This document shows positions 9,261 to 19,840 of a stretch of 43,430 bases of DNA, in pieces. Position numbers and translations under genes: made by a program. The notes below the pieces were generated by a model. It searched no databases, was not told the DNA's origin, and saw only the letters and a program-made list of their open reading frames with translations. Each line of letters opens with the position of its first letter. The stretch's first letter is position 1. Source of the DNA: Arcobacteraceae bacterium (GTDB lineage: Bacteria; Campylobacterota; Campylobacteria; Campylobacterales; Arcobacteraceae). The stretch lies in NCBI GenBank assembly GCA_048268245.1, contig JBLWVX010000020.1:1-43430 (forward strand). The letters run 5' to 3'.

Positions 9261-11193
9261 GATGTTGAAAACTGAAAGAGATATTGTAAATCTTATAAAA
9301 TATTTACCTGTAGTATTAATAATATTCTTTTCTTTTCTAATTACAATTTTTTTATATGGAGAAAATCAAAGTAGATTTGAAACTGAACTAAAAAATTTAG
9401 AAGAGAAATATGTAAAAAAAAATAAAGATGAAATAGAGTTTCAAGTTAAAAAAGTAATTGAAACAATTGAATATGAAAAAAAACTATCAGAAAAAAGACT
9501 TAGGAAAAATATAAAAGTACAAGTTGATAATGCATATAACATAGCAATGTCAATATACAAAAACAATCAAGACAAATCAATAGAAGAAATAAAAAAACTA
9601 ATTAAAGATTCATTAAGAGAAATAAGATTTAATGAAAATAGGGGATATTTATTTATTTATGAAATGAATGGAGTAAATATTTTACATCCTTTAAAGACTC
9701 ATCTTGAAAACAAAAATTTATGGAACTATCAAGATAAAAAAGGAGTTTTCCTTCTTCAAGAAATGAATAAAATCTTAAAGAAACAAGACTCTACATATTA
9801 CACTTGGTATTGGAATAAACCTAATGACTTGGAAAAAGAATATAAAAAAGTAGGTTTTTTTAAACATTTTGAACCATTTGATTGGTTTATTGGTACAGGT
9901 GAATATATAATCGATTCTCAAGAACAACTAAAAGATGATGTTGCAAAATCTATTAGCAGCCTTAGATATAAAAAGAATGGGTATTTTTTTGCGCTTACTT
10001 ATGAAGGCACATATATAAGTTATTATTTAAAAGATTTAATTGGAAAGAATGTAAAAGATTTAAATATTACAGATAATATTAGCAAAACTCAGAAAAAGTT
10101 GGTTGAATTAGCAAAAAAAGATGGTGGCTTTATATCTTATAATCATAAACAAAAACCAAATAGTTCAGCAACAGTTTCAAAAATAAGTTATGTATGTGGA
10201 TTGAAAAACTGGGAATGGATTATAGGAACTGGTTTTTATATGGATGATTTATATGAAGAAATTAATGAGAAAAAAGAACTATTAAAAAAAGCAAATAATA
10301 AATCTTTAATGAAACTACTAGTTGTAAGTCTATTTGTTACAATAATACTATTGGTAATATTTATTTATATTTCTTCAATTTTAGAAAGTAAGTTTGAATC
10401 TTATAAAAAAGAAATAAAAAGAAAGATTGATGAAAATATAAAAAAAGACAACATTTTAGCTCATCAATCAAAAATGGCATCAATGGGTGAAATGTTAGGA
10501 AATATTACTCATCAATGGAGACAGCCATTATCTGTGATTTCTACAATGGTTACAGGATTGAAAGTAAAAAGAGAATTAGGGGAAGAAGATTTAGAGTTTG
10601 AGAAAAAATCTTATGACAAAATAAATAGACAAATACAGTATCTATCAAGAACAATAGATGATTTTAGAGATTTCTTTAAACCTCAAAAAGATTATGAAAA
10701 GTTTTTTATAGATGAAACATTTTTAAAAACTTTTGATTTAGTAGAAGCCCAGTTAGGAAGTAAATATATAAATGTTATAAAAGATATAGATCGTGTTGAA
10801 GTAAATAGCTTAGAAAATGAATTAATTCAAGTGTTTATAAATATTATAAATAACTCAAGGGATGAACTTTTAAAAATAAATACAAAAAGATTTATAAAAA
10901 TTGATTGTAAGAATAATGAGTCATTTCTAGAAATTTCTTTTATAGACAATGCTGGTGGAATTGATACAAATATAATTGATAAGGTTTTTGAACCATATTT
11001 TACTACAAAAGAAGATACTCAGGGCACTGGAATAGGTTTGTTTATGTGTAAAGAAATTATTGTAAAGCATTTAAATGGAAAAATGCTTGTTGAAAATAGT
11101 GAATTTTATTTTGATGACACAAAGTATAAAGGGGCAAAATTTACAATTATTTTACCTAAAATACAAGATAAGACTAATGAAGATTTAAGTTAG
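9259..11193 (+). CDS. Sensor histidine kinase with tandem Cache_2-like periplasmic domains
   Basis: Two GY(L/F)F...(F/W)(D/E)W.IGTG.Y repeats typical of Cache_2; H-box NITHQWRQPL; DNAGGI; GTGIGLF. Confidence 0.9.
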   Translation: MMLKTERDIVNLIKYLPVVLIIFFSFLITIFLYGENQSRFETELKNLEEKYVKKNKDEIEFQVKKVIETIEYEKKLSEKRLRKNIKVQVDNAYNIAMSIYKNNQDKSIEEIKKLIKDSLREIRFNENRGYLFIYEMNGVNILHPLKTHLENKNLWNYQDKKGVFLLQEMNKILKKQDSTYYTWYWNKPNDLEKEYKKVGFFKHFEPFDWFIGTGEYIIDSQEQLKDDVAKSISSLRYKKNGYFFALTYEGTYISYYLKDLIGKNVKDLNITDNISKTQKKLVELAKKDGGFISYNHKQKPNSSATVSKISYVCGLKNWEWIIGTGFYMDDLYEEINEKKELLKKANNKSLMKLLVVSLFVTIILLVIFIYISSILESKFESYKKEIKRKIDENIKKDNILAHQSKMASMGEMLGNITHQWRQPLSVISTMVTGLKVKRELGEEDLEFEKKSYDKINRQIQYLSRTIDDFRDFFKPQKDYEKFFIDETFLKTFDLVEAQLGSKYINVIKDIDRVEVNSLENELIQVFINIINNSRDELLKINTKRFIKIDCKNNESFLEISFIDNAGGIDTNIIDKVFEPYFTTKEDTQGTGIGLFMCKEIIVKHLNGKMLVENSEFYFDDTKYKGAKFTIILPKIQDKTNEDLS

Positions 11194-11242
11194 CTTTAAC
11201 TATAATCCGCAACTTAATTAGTGAATGTAGAGGAAAACTATC

Positions 11243-11377
11243 ATGAAAAGAACATATCAACCACACAATACTCCTAAAAAGAGAACACATGGTTTTAGAG
11301 TTAGAATGTCGACTAAAAACGGTAGAAGAGTTATTAAAGCAAGAAGAGCTAAAGGTAGAAAAAGATTAGCTGTTTAA
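11243..11377 (+). CDS. rpmH: 50S ribosomal protein L34 (not in ORF track)
   Basis: Manual translation [58 protein letters not shown] at 11201-11206. Confidence 0.98.
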   Translation: MKRTYQPHNTPKKRTHGFRVRMSTKNGRRVIKARRAKGRKRLAV

Positions 11378-11700
11378 GCAAACAACATCGACTAAATAGT
11401 CAAAGAGATTTTAACAAACTATATAAAAGCGGCAAAAAGTGGCATACAAGCTCTTTTGTCGCTTTTTTTAGTTCTGACACAGATTTAAAAGCTGCTTTTG
11501 TTACTTCAAAAAAAGTAGGCAATGCGGTTTTAAGAAATAAGGCTAGACGAAGATTACGAGCTTTATTTGCTTCATATGAAAATCAAATACAAACAGGTAA
11601 ATATATTTTTGTTGCTAAAAATAGTATACATGAGAATGACTTTAATAAAGTGAAAAAAGATTTCGATTTCGCTTTTAAAAGATTAAACTTATTCAAATGA
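11365..11700 (+). CDS. rnpA: Ribonuclease P protein component (not in ORF track; probable ATT start)
   Basis: Open frame ...[18 protein letters not shown]...[18 protein letters not shown]...FK*, with the RNR motif; lies between rpmH and yidD. Confidence 0.93.
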   Translation: MSCLSKQHRLNSQRDFNKLYKSGKKWHTSSFVAFFSSDTDLKAAFVTSKKVGNAVLRNKARRRLRALFASYENQIQTGKYIFVAKNSIHENDFNKVKKDFDFAFKRLNLFK

Positions 11701-12044
11701 AAAAGATTTTCAAATATTTCATAAAATTTTATCAAAGATACATAAGTGTAATTTCTCATGGTTCATGTAGATATTACCCAACATGTTCACAATATGCACT
11801 ATGGCAACTAGATAATAATACATTTTTTAAGGCTATTTATTTTACAATAACACGCGTATTAAAATGTAATCAACTTTTTGACGGTGGATTTGACTATCCA
11901 ATTATTTCAAATAATAGAATTCAAAAAGTAGATTATAAAAAAATTAAAGTCATTTATTGGTTAGTTCCAACAAAAGACAATAAATATATTGTAGTTAAAA
12001 ATCGGGAGTGGAAAAGTACGAATGAACAACATGAATCAAAATAA
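11697..12044 (+). CDS. yidD: Membrane protein insertion efficiency factor YidD
   Basis: FYQRYIS...CRYYPTCSQYA...R.LKCN...GG.D motif; between rnpA and yidC. Confidence 0.93.
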   Translation: MKKIFKYFIKFYQRYISVISHGSCRYYPTCSQYALWQLDNNTFFKAIYFTITRVLKCNQLFDGGFDYPIISNNRIQKVDYKKIKVIYWLVPTKDNKYIVVKNREWKSTNEQHESK

Positions 12045-13629
12045 CGGTATGCAAAAACGAATGTTAATAATGACATTAGTCGTTTTTGTATTTTTCATCG
12101 CATATGAGTTTTTAGTGTTAAAACCTCAAAAAGAGGCAAAAGAAGCACAAGCAAAACAAGAACAAGTTACACAAGCAAAATCAACACCTGTTGAAGGGAT
12201 GCAAGAAACAGATGTATCAGGTAATCCTATTGATATGTCAAAATCAGTGCAAGCTTTATCTTCAAAAGCAGTTGCTACTCAAGAGATAATTTCTGTAATT
12301 AAAACAAATAAAAATATTATTGAAATTGATAATAAAGGTAGAATTGCGCAGGTTACTTTATTAGATACTATTTATAAAGATGAAGAACAACATCAAATTA
12401 AATTATTTGAGGCTAATCAATTAAGACCTTTAGAAGTTAGATTTGCTGATACTAATATTAATGCAAAAGCATTTAAAATAGCTGCAGTTGCTAGCAAAAA
12501 TGAGGTTGATGCAAAAAATCAAAAACAAGAATTAATTATTACGCAAAATTTAGGTGAAACTGTTTTAACTAAAAAGTTCACTTTCTATCCAGATGGACAT
12601 TATGATTTAACTACAAGTTCTACAAATGGTAAGAAGTTTTTTATTACAAATGGATTTAGACCAAATGTATTAGCAGATATGTATGCTGATCATGGTGCTA
12701 TGGCAAAATTAAATGATGGTACATTAACAATCATTGAAGATGGTGATTTAGATAAAAATGAAAACCTTACAGGTGCAAAATTTATATCTAACTTTGATAG
12801 ATATTATGCAACTGTTATTTATAACTTTGAGAAATCATTAGCTGTAACTTTAATGCCAGATAATGATGGAAATCCACAAGGTTTTATTCATGGAGGAAAT
12901 TCTATTTCTTTCTCTGGTTATGCAGGTCCAAAGAACTTTAAAGATTTAAAAGCTTTAAATCCAGAATTAACTGATGTTATTGAATATGGTTGGTTTACAT
13001 TTATTGCAAAGCCTATGTTTATTTTACTTCAATATATTCAATCATATGTTGGAAACTGGGGATGGACAATTGTTATTTTAACAATCTTAGTTAAGTTAGT
13101 TTTATATCCTTTATCTTATAAAGGTATGGTTTCTATGAATAAGCTAAAAGAATTAGCTCCAAAAATGAAAGAAATCCAAAACAAATATAAAGATGATAAA
13201 CAAAAACAATCAATGCACATGATGGAATTATATAAGAAACATGGTGCTAACCCAATGGGTGGATGTTTACCATTAATCTTACAAATTCCAGTATTCTTTG
13301 CAATCTATAGAGTTTTATTAAATGCTATCGAGTTAAAAGGTGCAGAGTGGATTTTATGGGTACAAGATTTAGCAGAAATGGATCCATATTTTGTATTACC
13401 AATTTTAATGGGTGCTTCTATGTATATCCAACAAAGAATCACACCAAACACTATGCAAGATGAGATGCAAAAGAAGATATTCCAATTCTTACCTGTTATC
13501 TTTACATTCTTCTTCTTATGGTTCCCAGCAGGTTTAACTCTTTACTGGTTCGTAAATAATGTATTTACAATTGGACAACAATATTACATTAATAAACTGT
13601 TCGAGAAAAAAAGAGCTGCAAAAAAATAG
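12022..13629 (+). CDS. yidC: Membrane protein insertase YidC
   Basis: YGWFTFIAKP, GNWGW, NPMGGCLP..LQIPVF, PAGL.LYW. Confidence 0.97.
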   Translation: MNNMNQNNGMQKRMLIMTLVVFVFFIAYEFLVLKPQKEAKEAQAKQEQVTQAKSTPVEGMQETDVSGNPIDMSKSVQALSSKAVATQEIISVIKTNKNIIEIDNKGRIAQVTLLDTIYKDEEQHQIKLFEANQLRPLEVRFADTNINAKAFKIAAVASKNEVDAKNQKQELIITQNLGETVLTKKFTFYPDGHYDLTTSSTNGKKFFITNGFRPNVLADMYADHGAMAKLNDGTLTIIEDGDLDKNENLTGAKFISNFDRYYATVIYNFEKSLAVTLMPDNDGNPQGFIHGGNSISFSGYAGPKNFKDLKALNPELTDVIEYGWFTFIAKPMFILLQYIQSYVGNWGWTIVILTILVKLVLYPLSYKGMVSMNKLKELAPKMKEIQNKYKDDKQKQSMHMMELYKKHGANPMGGCLPLILQIPVFFAIYRVLLNAIELKGAEWILWVQDLAEMDPYFVLPILMGASMYIQQRITPNTMQDEMQKKIFQFLPVIFTFFFLWFPAGLTLYWFVNNVFTIGQQYYINKLFEKKRAAKK

Positions 13630-13638
13630 GGATTTACT

Positions 13639-14508
13639 ATGAAAAAATTTGAAGCTAAGTGTTTAGAAGAAGTATATGAATTAGCAACTGCTGATTTTAA
13701 CTGTTCTATTACTGATTTAGAGATTGAGATCATCCAACAGCCAAGTAAGGGATTCTTTGGCTTTGGTAAGAAAAAAGCAATTATCCAAGTATGTTTTAAG
13801 GATAATTGCAAAACATATGAAAAAGCTTCTTCAAATAATTCTTTTGAAAAAAAAGATATAAAAATTGAAGAGGTTTCTAAAAAAATTGAAGATTCTAATA
13901 AGCCTAATGTAACTGAAGAAAAAGAGGAAGTGTCACCTTCTAGGGTTAGAAAAGTTGAATCAAAAGAGAAAATCTTTGATAACTTTTATAATGAAGATGA
14001 ATCACAAACTCAAGTTTCAAACATTATAGTAAAAAAAGATAAACAAGATATATTAGATGAAGTAAGAGCAGGAATAAATACTTTATTTGCTGATAGCTGT
14101 TATGGAATTGAAAATATAAAGATTGAGTATTATGATGAAGATACTTTGTATATAGAGTTTAGAGGTGAAGACTCTGCTTTACTTATTGGTAAAGAAGGTT
14201 ATAGATATAAAGCTCTATCTTATATTTTATTTAATTGGATAAATGAAAAATATGGTTTAATGTTAAGACTTGAAGTTGCAGAATTTCTGAAAAATCAAGA
14301 AACAGCAATTCATGCATATTTAGAGCCAGTTATTGAAACAATAAAAGAAAAAGGTATGTTTAAAACTAAACCTTTAGATGGAATCTTAGTACATATTGCT
14401 CTTAAAAGATTAAGAGAAGAGTTCCCTGACAAGTATGTTGCAGTAAAAACAAATGTTAGAGGTGATAAATATGTACTTGTAAATGAGTACAGAAGTAAAG
14501 AGCAATAA
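13639..14508 (+). CDS. jag: Jag/KhpB (EloR) family RNA-binding protein
   Basis: Jag N-terminal motif PSKGFFGFGKK.A; KH motif LLIGKEG; yidC-mnmE synteny. Confidence 0.88.
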   Translation: MKKFEAKCLEEVYELATADFNCSITDLEIEIIQQPSKGFFGFGKKKAIIQVCFKDNCKTYEKASSNNSFEKKDIKIEEVSKKIEDSNKPNVTEEKEEVSPSRVRKVESKEKIFDNFYNEDESQTQVSNIIVKKDKQDILDEVRAGINTLFADSCYGIENIKIEYYDEDTLYIEFRGEDSALLIGKEGYRYKALSYILFNWINEKYGLMLRLEVAEFLKNQETAIHAYLEPVIETIKEKGMFKTKPLDGILVHIALKRLREEFPDKYVAVKTNVRGDKYVLVNEYRSKEQ

Positions 14509-14509
14509 A

Positions 14510-15853
14510 TTGTTACTAGATGATAATACAATAGTTGCAATTGCAACGGCCAATGGAATTGGCTCAATCTCAATAGTTAGAATTTCAGGAGTTAATGCTC
14601 TTGAAATTGCTTCAAAAATTACTAAAAAAAACAATTTTAAACCTAGACTTGCTAGTTTAAGCCCTGTATATAATCATAACAAAGAATTAATTGACGAGTC
14701 TTTAGTACTTTATTTTAAAGCACCTTTTTCCTTCACAGGTGAAGATATAGTTGAATTTCAATGTCATGGTGGAGTTGCGATTGCAAATATGATTGTAAAT
14801 GAAGTTTTACATTATGGCGCGAGAATGGCAAATCCAGGTGAGTTTTCAAAAAGAGCTTTTTTAAATAATAAGATTGATTTATCTAAAGCCGAAGCTATAT
14901 CAAAAATGATTGAAGCAAGAAGTGAAGATGCTGTAAAACTTTTAGCTAAACAGTTAAAGGGTGAACTAAGTGATTTCGTAAATGATATCAGAGAAGATTT
15001 ACTTTTTATGTTAGCTTACACAGAAGTATCAATTGATTATGCAGAAGAAGATTTACCAAGTGATATTTTAGAACAAATAAAATCTAAGATAGAAAAAATT
15101 CAAGTCAAACTAAATGAAACTTTAGATGCTAGTAAAAGAAGAGAAGGAATGATTGAAGGTTTTAAAATAGCAATTGTTGGAAAACCTAATGTTGGAAAGT
15201 CTTCTTTATTAAATAAACTATTAAACTTTGATAGGGCTATTATTTCAGATATTGCAGGTACTACTAGAGATACTATTGAAGAGTCTGTAAAAATTGGTAC
15301 ACACATTATAAAAATAGTAGATACAGCAGGTATTAGAAACGCTAGTGATGTGATAGAGCAAATAGGAATTGAAAAGTCAATAAAAGCTATTGATGAAGCT
15401 GATATAGTAATAGCATTATTTGATAATAGTAAAGTTTGTGATGATGAAGATGAAAAGATTATTTCACTGTTAGAAGAGAATTCTCATAAGCAAATAATAA
15501 AAGTTTTAAATAAAACTGATTTAGAAAACTCTTTTGATAAAAATAGAATTAATAATTTTATTGAACTATCTACAAAAAATAGTATAAAAAACTTAGTAAA
15601 TAAAATCGAAACTATTCTAGACAATAATACACATAGTGATGAAATGACACTTATTTCTAAAAGACAAGTTCAAGCAGTTGAAGATACTTTAAGTCATATA
15701 AACACTTCATTGTTTCCCTTAGAAACAGGTGAATTTGAGTTTTTTGCCCATCATATTAAAGAGGCTTTAGAAGCTATATCAAATATCACTAGACCATATG
15801 AAAATGATCAAATGTTAGATGTAATGTTTGGAGAGTTTTGTTTAGGCAAATAA
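14510..15853 (+). CDS. mnmE: tRNA modification GTPase MnmE (TrmE)
   Basis: TIVAIAT, GKPNVGKSS, GTTRD, DTAG, NKTD, C-terminal FCLGK; TTG 14510 is the more likely start than ATG 14483 inside jag. Confidence 0.96.
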   Translation: MLLDDNTIVAIATANGIGSISIVRISGVNALEIASKITKKNNFKPRLASLSPVYNHNKELIDESLVLYFKAPFSFTGEDIVEFQCHGGVAIANMIVNEVLHYGARMANPGEFSKRAFLNNKIDLSKAEAISKMIEARSEDAVKLLAKQLKGELSDFVNDIREDLLFMLAYTEVSIDYAEEDLPSDILEQIKSKIEKIQVKLNETLDASKRREGMIEGFKIAIVGKPNVGKSSLLNKLLNFDRAIISDIAGTTRDTIEESVKIGTHIIKIVDTAGIRNASDVIEQIGIEKSIKAIDEADIVIALFDNSKVCDDEDEKIISLLEENSHKQIIKVLNKTDLENSFDKNRINNFIELSTKNSIKNLVNKIETILDNNTHSDEMTLISKRQVQAVEDTLSHINTSLFPLETGEFEFFAHHIKEALEAISNITRPYENDQMLDVMFGEFCLGK

Positions 15854-15874
15854 AGAGTAATTTACTCTTTATTT
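15848..15874. terminator. Probable bidirectional terminator between convergent mnmE and sixA
   Basis: Palindrome AAATAAAGAGTAA-T-TTACTCTTTATTT. Confidence 0.65.
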
Positions 15875-15889
15875 TAATATTTTAACTTT

Positions 15890-16372
15890 TTAGTTAAGAG
15901 GTTTTTCATAAGATATTAATCTTGCATTCTCTTTTGATATTTCTATCCAAGAGTTACAATTAAATTCTATTTCAACCATACCGCCCATTGCTATTTCTTC
16001 TTTGAAGTCTGCTAGTGTAAAAGCAAGTGTTGTTAATGATGGATTATGACCTACAAGAATCATACTTTCAACTGTATCAAACGTGTATGTTAAAGTCTCT
16101 TGTAATTCATTTAAATAAGCCATATATAAAACTTCATTATACATTATTGATTTTGTGTATCTTAAGGTTTTAGCAAAAATTTCTGATGTTTGTCTTGTTC
16201 TTACGGATGGACTTGAAACTATTAAGTCAGGTCTAAAACTTTTATCAAAAAGTTTATTTGCCATATTTTGAGCATCTTCTAAGCCCTTCTTACTTAAAGG
16301 CCTATCATAATCATCTTGACCTGTTTTTTCTACTTCTTTTTGTGCGTGTCTAACTATAAATAACTTTTTCAT
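15890..16372 (-). CDS. sixA: Phosphohistidine phosphatase, SixA family
   Basis: RHA motif, D.DRPLS..G, SSPSVRTRQT, VGHNP; start either ATG 16372 or GTG 16378. Confidence 0.88.
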   Translation of the reverse strand: MKKLFIVRHAQKEVEKTGQDDYDRPLSKKGLEDAQNMANKLFDKSFRPDLIVSSPSVRTRQTSEIFAKTLRYTKSIMYNEVLYMAYLNELQETLTYTFDTVESMILVGHNPSLTTLAFTLADFKEEIAMGGMVEIEFNCNSWIEISKENARLISYEKPLN

Positions 16373-16594
16373 CTTCACTCTTTTTGAATTGTATATAAAA
16401 TTTTAAAGCATTTTAGCTTTTTTTGTTATAAAATTTTTTACTAAATGTAAAATATAAGTTATATTTAGATTTATACTTTGAAATTTGGTTAATTTTTGAA
16501 TATTTCTGTTGAAAAATTTCATATAAAATTTAATCAAGTTAAATATTTATTAAAAAATATCTGATAAAATATTTATATTAGAAAAGGAGTAGGT

Positions 16595-17437
16595 ATGGAA
16601 CAGCTTAAAACAGTTTTTTTATTGACATTACTTACAGTATTTTTTGTTTTTATAGGTTATTATTTCGCTGGTATAAATGGTATGCTTATTGCATTTTTAA
16701 TAGCAACTGGTATGAACTTTTATGCTTATTACTATTCAGATAAACAGGTGCTAAAACAGTTTAATGCAACGCCAATTGAGGATAGAAGACATCCTATTTA
16801 TCGAATTACAGAAAAACTAGTTCAAAAAGCAAATCTTCCAATGCCAAAGGTATACTTAATTCCCGATCACACTCCAAATGCTTTTGCAACAGGAAGAGAC
16901 TATAATAATGCAGCAGTTGCTGTTACTATGGGCTTATATGAAATGTTAAATGAGGAAGAACTTGAAGGTGTAATTGCACATGAATTATCTCATATCAAAC
17001 ATTATGATATTTTAATAGGTACTATTGCAGCTGTTTTTGCAGGAGCAATAGCAATGCTTGCCAATATGATGCAATTTGGTGCTATGTTTGGAGATAATAG
17101 ACAAAACTCTAATCCTATTATGTTAATTGTTATGGCTATTTTACTTCCTATTGCTGCTACAGTGATTCAAATGAGTGTAAGTAGAAGTAGAGAGTATTTA
17201 GCAGATGAGGGTGCAGCACGAATGACTGGAAATCCTGCTGGTTTACAAAAGGCACTATCTAAACTTGAAAACTATGCAAAAAGGGGAGAAGTTCACAATG
17301 CTACAGAGCAAACGGCACATATGTTTATAATTAATCCTTTTTCAGCTAAAAAATCATCATTTTCAGATTTTTTTAGAACACATCCTACAACAGAAGATAG
17401 AATTGCTAGATTAGAAGAATTAAAAAGGGAGCTTTAA
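16595..17437 (+). CDS. htpX: Zinc metalloprotease HtpX (M48)
   Basis: PNAFATG, HELSH zinc motif, [12 protein letters not shown]...RI; AAGGAG RBS; TGaTAAAAT at 16562-16570. Confidence 0.95.
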   Translation: MEQLKTVFLLTLLTVFFVFIGYYFAGINGMLIAFLIATGMNFYAYYYSDKQVLKQFNATPIEDRRHPIYRITEKLVQKANLPMPKVYLIPDHTPNAFATGRDYNNAAVAVTMGLYEMLNEEELEGVIAHELSHIKHYDILIGTIAAVFAGAIAMLANMMQFGAMFGDNRQNSNPIMLIVMAILLPIAATVIQMSVSRSREYLADEGAARMTGNPAGLQKALSKLENYAKRGEVHNATEQTAHMFIINPFSAKKSSFSDFFRTHPTTEDRIARLEELKREL

Positions 17438-17438
17438 G

Positions 17439-17552
17439 ATGGGTGAGTCTAGTAATATTGATGTGATTTTATCAGTTGTTTTTGTAGTTTCTGTATTAAT
17501 ATTTATATTTTTTAAATTTATACTTCCTTTTATAAATAATAAATATAAATAG
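17439..17552 (+). CDS. Putative 37-aa single-pass membrane protein (not in ORF track)
   Basis: MGESSNIDVILSVVFVVSVLIFIFFKFILPFINNKYK; ATG 1 nt after the htpX stop; GGGAG RBS 7 nt upstream. Confidence 0.55.
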   Translation: MGESSNIDVILSVVFVVSVLIFIFFKFILPFINNKYK

Positions 17553-17563
17553 TTTTTAGACAT

Positions 17564-17595
17564 AAAAAAAGCATCCCTTGACCAAAGAGATGCTT
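17564..17595 (-). terminator. Intrinsic terminator downstream of aroC (possibly bidirectional)
   Basis: Minus strand reads AAGCATCTCTTTGGTCAAGGGATGC followed by a T7 tract. Confidence 0.75.
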
Positions 17596-17626
17596 AAGAG
17601 TGAAATTATATATAAAAAAGTTTAAA

Positions 17627-18706
17627 CTACGCTTTTTTGTATACTTTTTTTACGTTTTCTATTTTTGAAGACATATTAAGTAGTGTCATATCAGCTAATA
17701 CTAATGCCATCATTGATTCAGCAACAACACTACCTCTTACTGCAACACAAGGGTCATGTCTTCCTTTTAATGCACAATCAACTTCATTGTTATGAATATC
17801 TATTGTTTCTTGTTTAATAAAGATTGATGGTGTTGATTTAAAATATACTTTTACATTTATATCATCACCATTTGAAATACCACCAAGAATTCCACCTGAA
17901 TGATTTGTTTTAAAGCCATCTTTTCTTATTTGGTCATTGTTATCATAACCCTTAATTCTTGAGCTTAAAGTTCCATCACCAATTTCTACGGCTTTTACTG
18001 CATTTATACTCATCATTGCATTGGCAATTTGAGAATCAAGTTTGAAATATAAAGGTTCACCAAGACCAATAGGGGCACCTTGTACATTTATAAGTGCAAC
18101 TCCTCCAACAGAGTTATGTTTATTTTTTGCAGCTAAAATTGCATCTTTTTGAGTTTGTTCCACATTCTTATCTAAAGCAAAGATTTCTGAGTCTGATACA
18201 TTTGCAAAATTTAATTCTTCAGATTTTACTCCATCAATTTCACAAATACCACTTTGTACTTTTATATCAAGCTCTTTTAGCATCAGTTTTGCAATAGCAC
18301 CTGCGGCAACTCTCGCTGCTGTTTCTCTTGCACTACTTCTTCCCCCACCTCTATAGTCTCTAGTACCATATTTATTGAAGTAAGTAAAGTCTGCATGACC
18401 TGGTCTAAAAAGATCTTTTACGTTTGTGTAATCTTTAGATTTTTGATTTTCATTGAATATAACCATAGAAATTGGAGTTCCTGTTGTAATTCCTTCAAAT
18501 ACTCCTGAAAGAATTTCTACTTTATCACCTTCTTTTCTAGCTGTTGCGTATTTATTTTGCCCAGGTTTTCTTCTATCCATTTCACTTTGAATAAACTCTT
18601 CATCAATTTTAATACCTGCTGGAACACCATCAACAATACAACCTAAGGCTTTACCATGAGATTCTCCAAATGTAGTAAATTTAAATCTATGTCCAAAGGT
18701 ATTCAT
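17627..18706 (-). CDS. aroC: Chorismate synthase
   Basis: [31 protein letters not shown]. Confidence 0.98.
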   Translation of the reverse strand: MNTFGHRFKFTTFGESHGKALGCIVDGVPAGIKIDEEFIQSEMDRRKPGQNKYATARKEGDKVEILSGVFEGITTGTPISMVIFNENQKSKDYTNVKDLFRPGHADFTYFNKYGTRDYRGGGRSSARETAARVAAGAIAKLMLKELDIKVQSGICEIDGVKSEELNFANVSDSEIFALDKNVEQTQKDAILAAKNKHNSVGGVALINVQGAPIGLGEPLYFKLDSQIANAMMSINAVKAVEIGDGTLSSRIKGYDNNDQIRKDGFKTNHSGGILGGISNGDDINVKVYFKSTPSIFIKQETIDIHNNEVDCALKGRHDPCVAVRGSVVAESMMALVLADMTLLNMSSKIENVKKVYKKA

Positions 18707-19383
18707 TAGTTACTTCCTTTTAACTTTTTAATAGCTATTTTTGCTACTGCTTGTTGTGCTAGCTTTTTACTTTTTCCTTTTGCAGTACCATATGTTTGAC
18801 CATCAATCCAAATTGATACTTCAAACTCTTTTTTGTGATCTGGTCCATATGAACCTTCTATTTTATACTCAGGAATAGATCCAAATTGTGCTTGTGTTAT
18901 TTCTTGTAGGGCAGTTTTATAATCACTAAATAATACATCTAAATTGATTTTGTCATAAGACTCTTCTAGTAGTTTTAAAATTATTGGCTTTAAAGTCTCT
19001 AATCCTGATTCTAAATACACTGCACCCATTATTGCTTCAAAGGCATCAGAAAGAATCGAAGCTTTACTTCTACCTTTATTTCTTTCTTCTGCTGTTGATA
19101 TAAATATATACTCACCAAGTTTAATTTCATTTGCAAGTTTTGTAAAACCTGTTTCATTTACTAATGAAGCTCTTATTTTTGATAATTCACCTTCATTTGA
19201 TTTAGGGAACTTTTTAAATAAATATTCTCCAACTATTAAGTTTAAAACAGCATCACCTAAAAACTCTAATCTTTCATTATTATATGGTTTTTTAAAACTT
19301 TTGTGAGTAAGTGCTTCGATTATCAGATTTTTATCTTTAAACTGATAACCCAAACACTTCTCTAATTTTGTATAATCACTCAT
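18706..19383 (-). CDS. rnc: Ribonuclease III
   Basis: [10 protein letters not shown] signature; ds[11 protein letters not shown]...GKSKK.AQQ. Confidence 0.98.
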   Translation of the reverse strand: MSDYTKLEKCLGYQFKDKNLIIEALTHKSFKKPYNNERLEFLGDAVLNLIVGEYLFKKFPKSNEGELSKIRASLVNETGFTKLANEIKLGEYIFISTAEERNKGRSKASILSDAFEAIMGAVYLESGLETLKPIILKLLEESYDKINLDVLFSDYKTALQEITQAQFGSIPEYKIEGSYGPDHKKEFEVSIWIDGQTYGTAKGKSKKLAQQAVAKIAIKKLKGSN

Positions 19384-19396
19384 TTCTTTCCTTTCT

Positions 19397-19840
19397 TTAT
19401 TGATTATCTCTTAACTCTTCTGCAAAGGTTCTTGCAAGTATATCACATCTTTCATTATGTTCGTGCCCTGCATGGCCTTTTACCCAAGTTGCATTTATTT
19501 TGTGGGGTTTTGAAACTTCTAAATACTCTTGCCAAAGTTCAATGTTTTTTACAGGCTTTTTACTTGCATTTTTCCAGTTATTTCTAACCCAACCAACTAA
19601 CCATTCATTTATTGCTTTTACTACATATGTAGAATCAGAAATAATATGAACTTCACATGGTTCTTTTAAGGCTTTTAAACCTTCAATTACACCTTTTAAT
19701 TCCATTTGATTATTAGTAGTGTTCATTTGTCCACCACATAATTCTTTTTCATTTCCATTGTATTCTAGAATTGTACCCCAGCCACCAGGACCTGGATTTC
19801 CTAAACTAGAACCATCACTGTAAAGATTGATTTGCTTCAT
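19397..19840 (-). CDS. rnhA: Ribonuclease HI
   Basis: [40 protein letters not shown]. Confidence 0.97.
   Translation of the reverse strand: MKQINLYSDGSSLGNPGPGGWGTILEYNGNEKELCGGQMNTTNNQMELKGVIEGLKALKEPCEVHIISDSTYVVKAINEWLVGWVRNNWKNASKKPVKNIELWQEYLEVSKPHKINATWVKGHAGHEHNERCDILARTFAEELRDNQ

Noticed and set aside
11243..15853. rpmH-yidC-mnmE cluster without adjacent dnaA or oriC
   Set aside because: Separation from dnaA is known in this phylum; I saw no DnaA-box cluster.
16379..16594. Extremely AT-rich sixA-htpX spacer with short palindromes
   Set aside because: Low complexity; consistent with ordinary divergent promoters, and no convincing operator.
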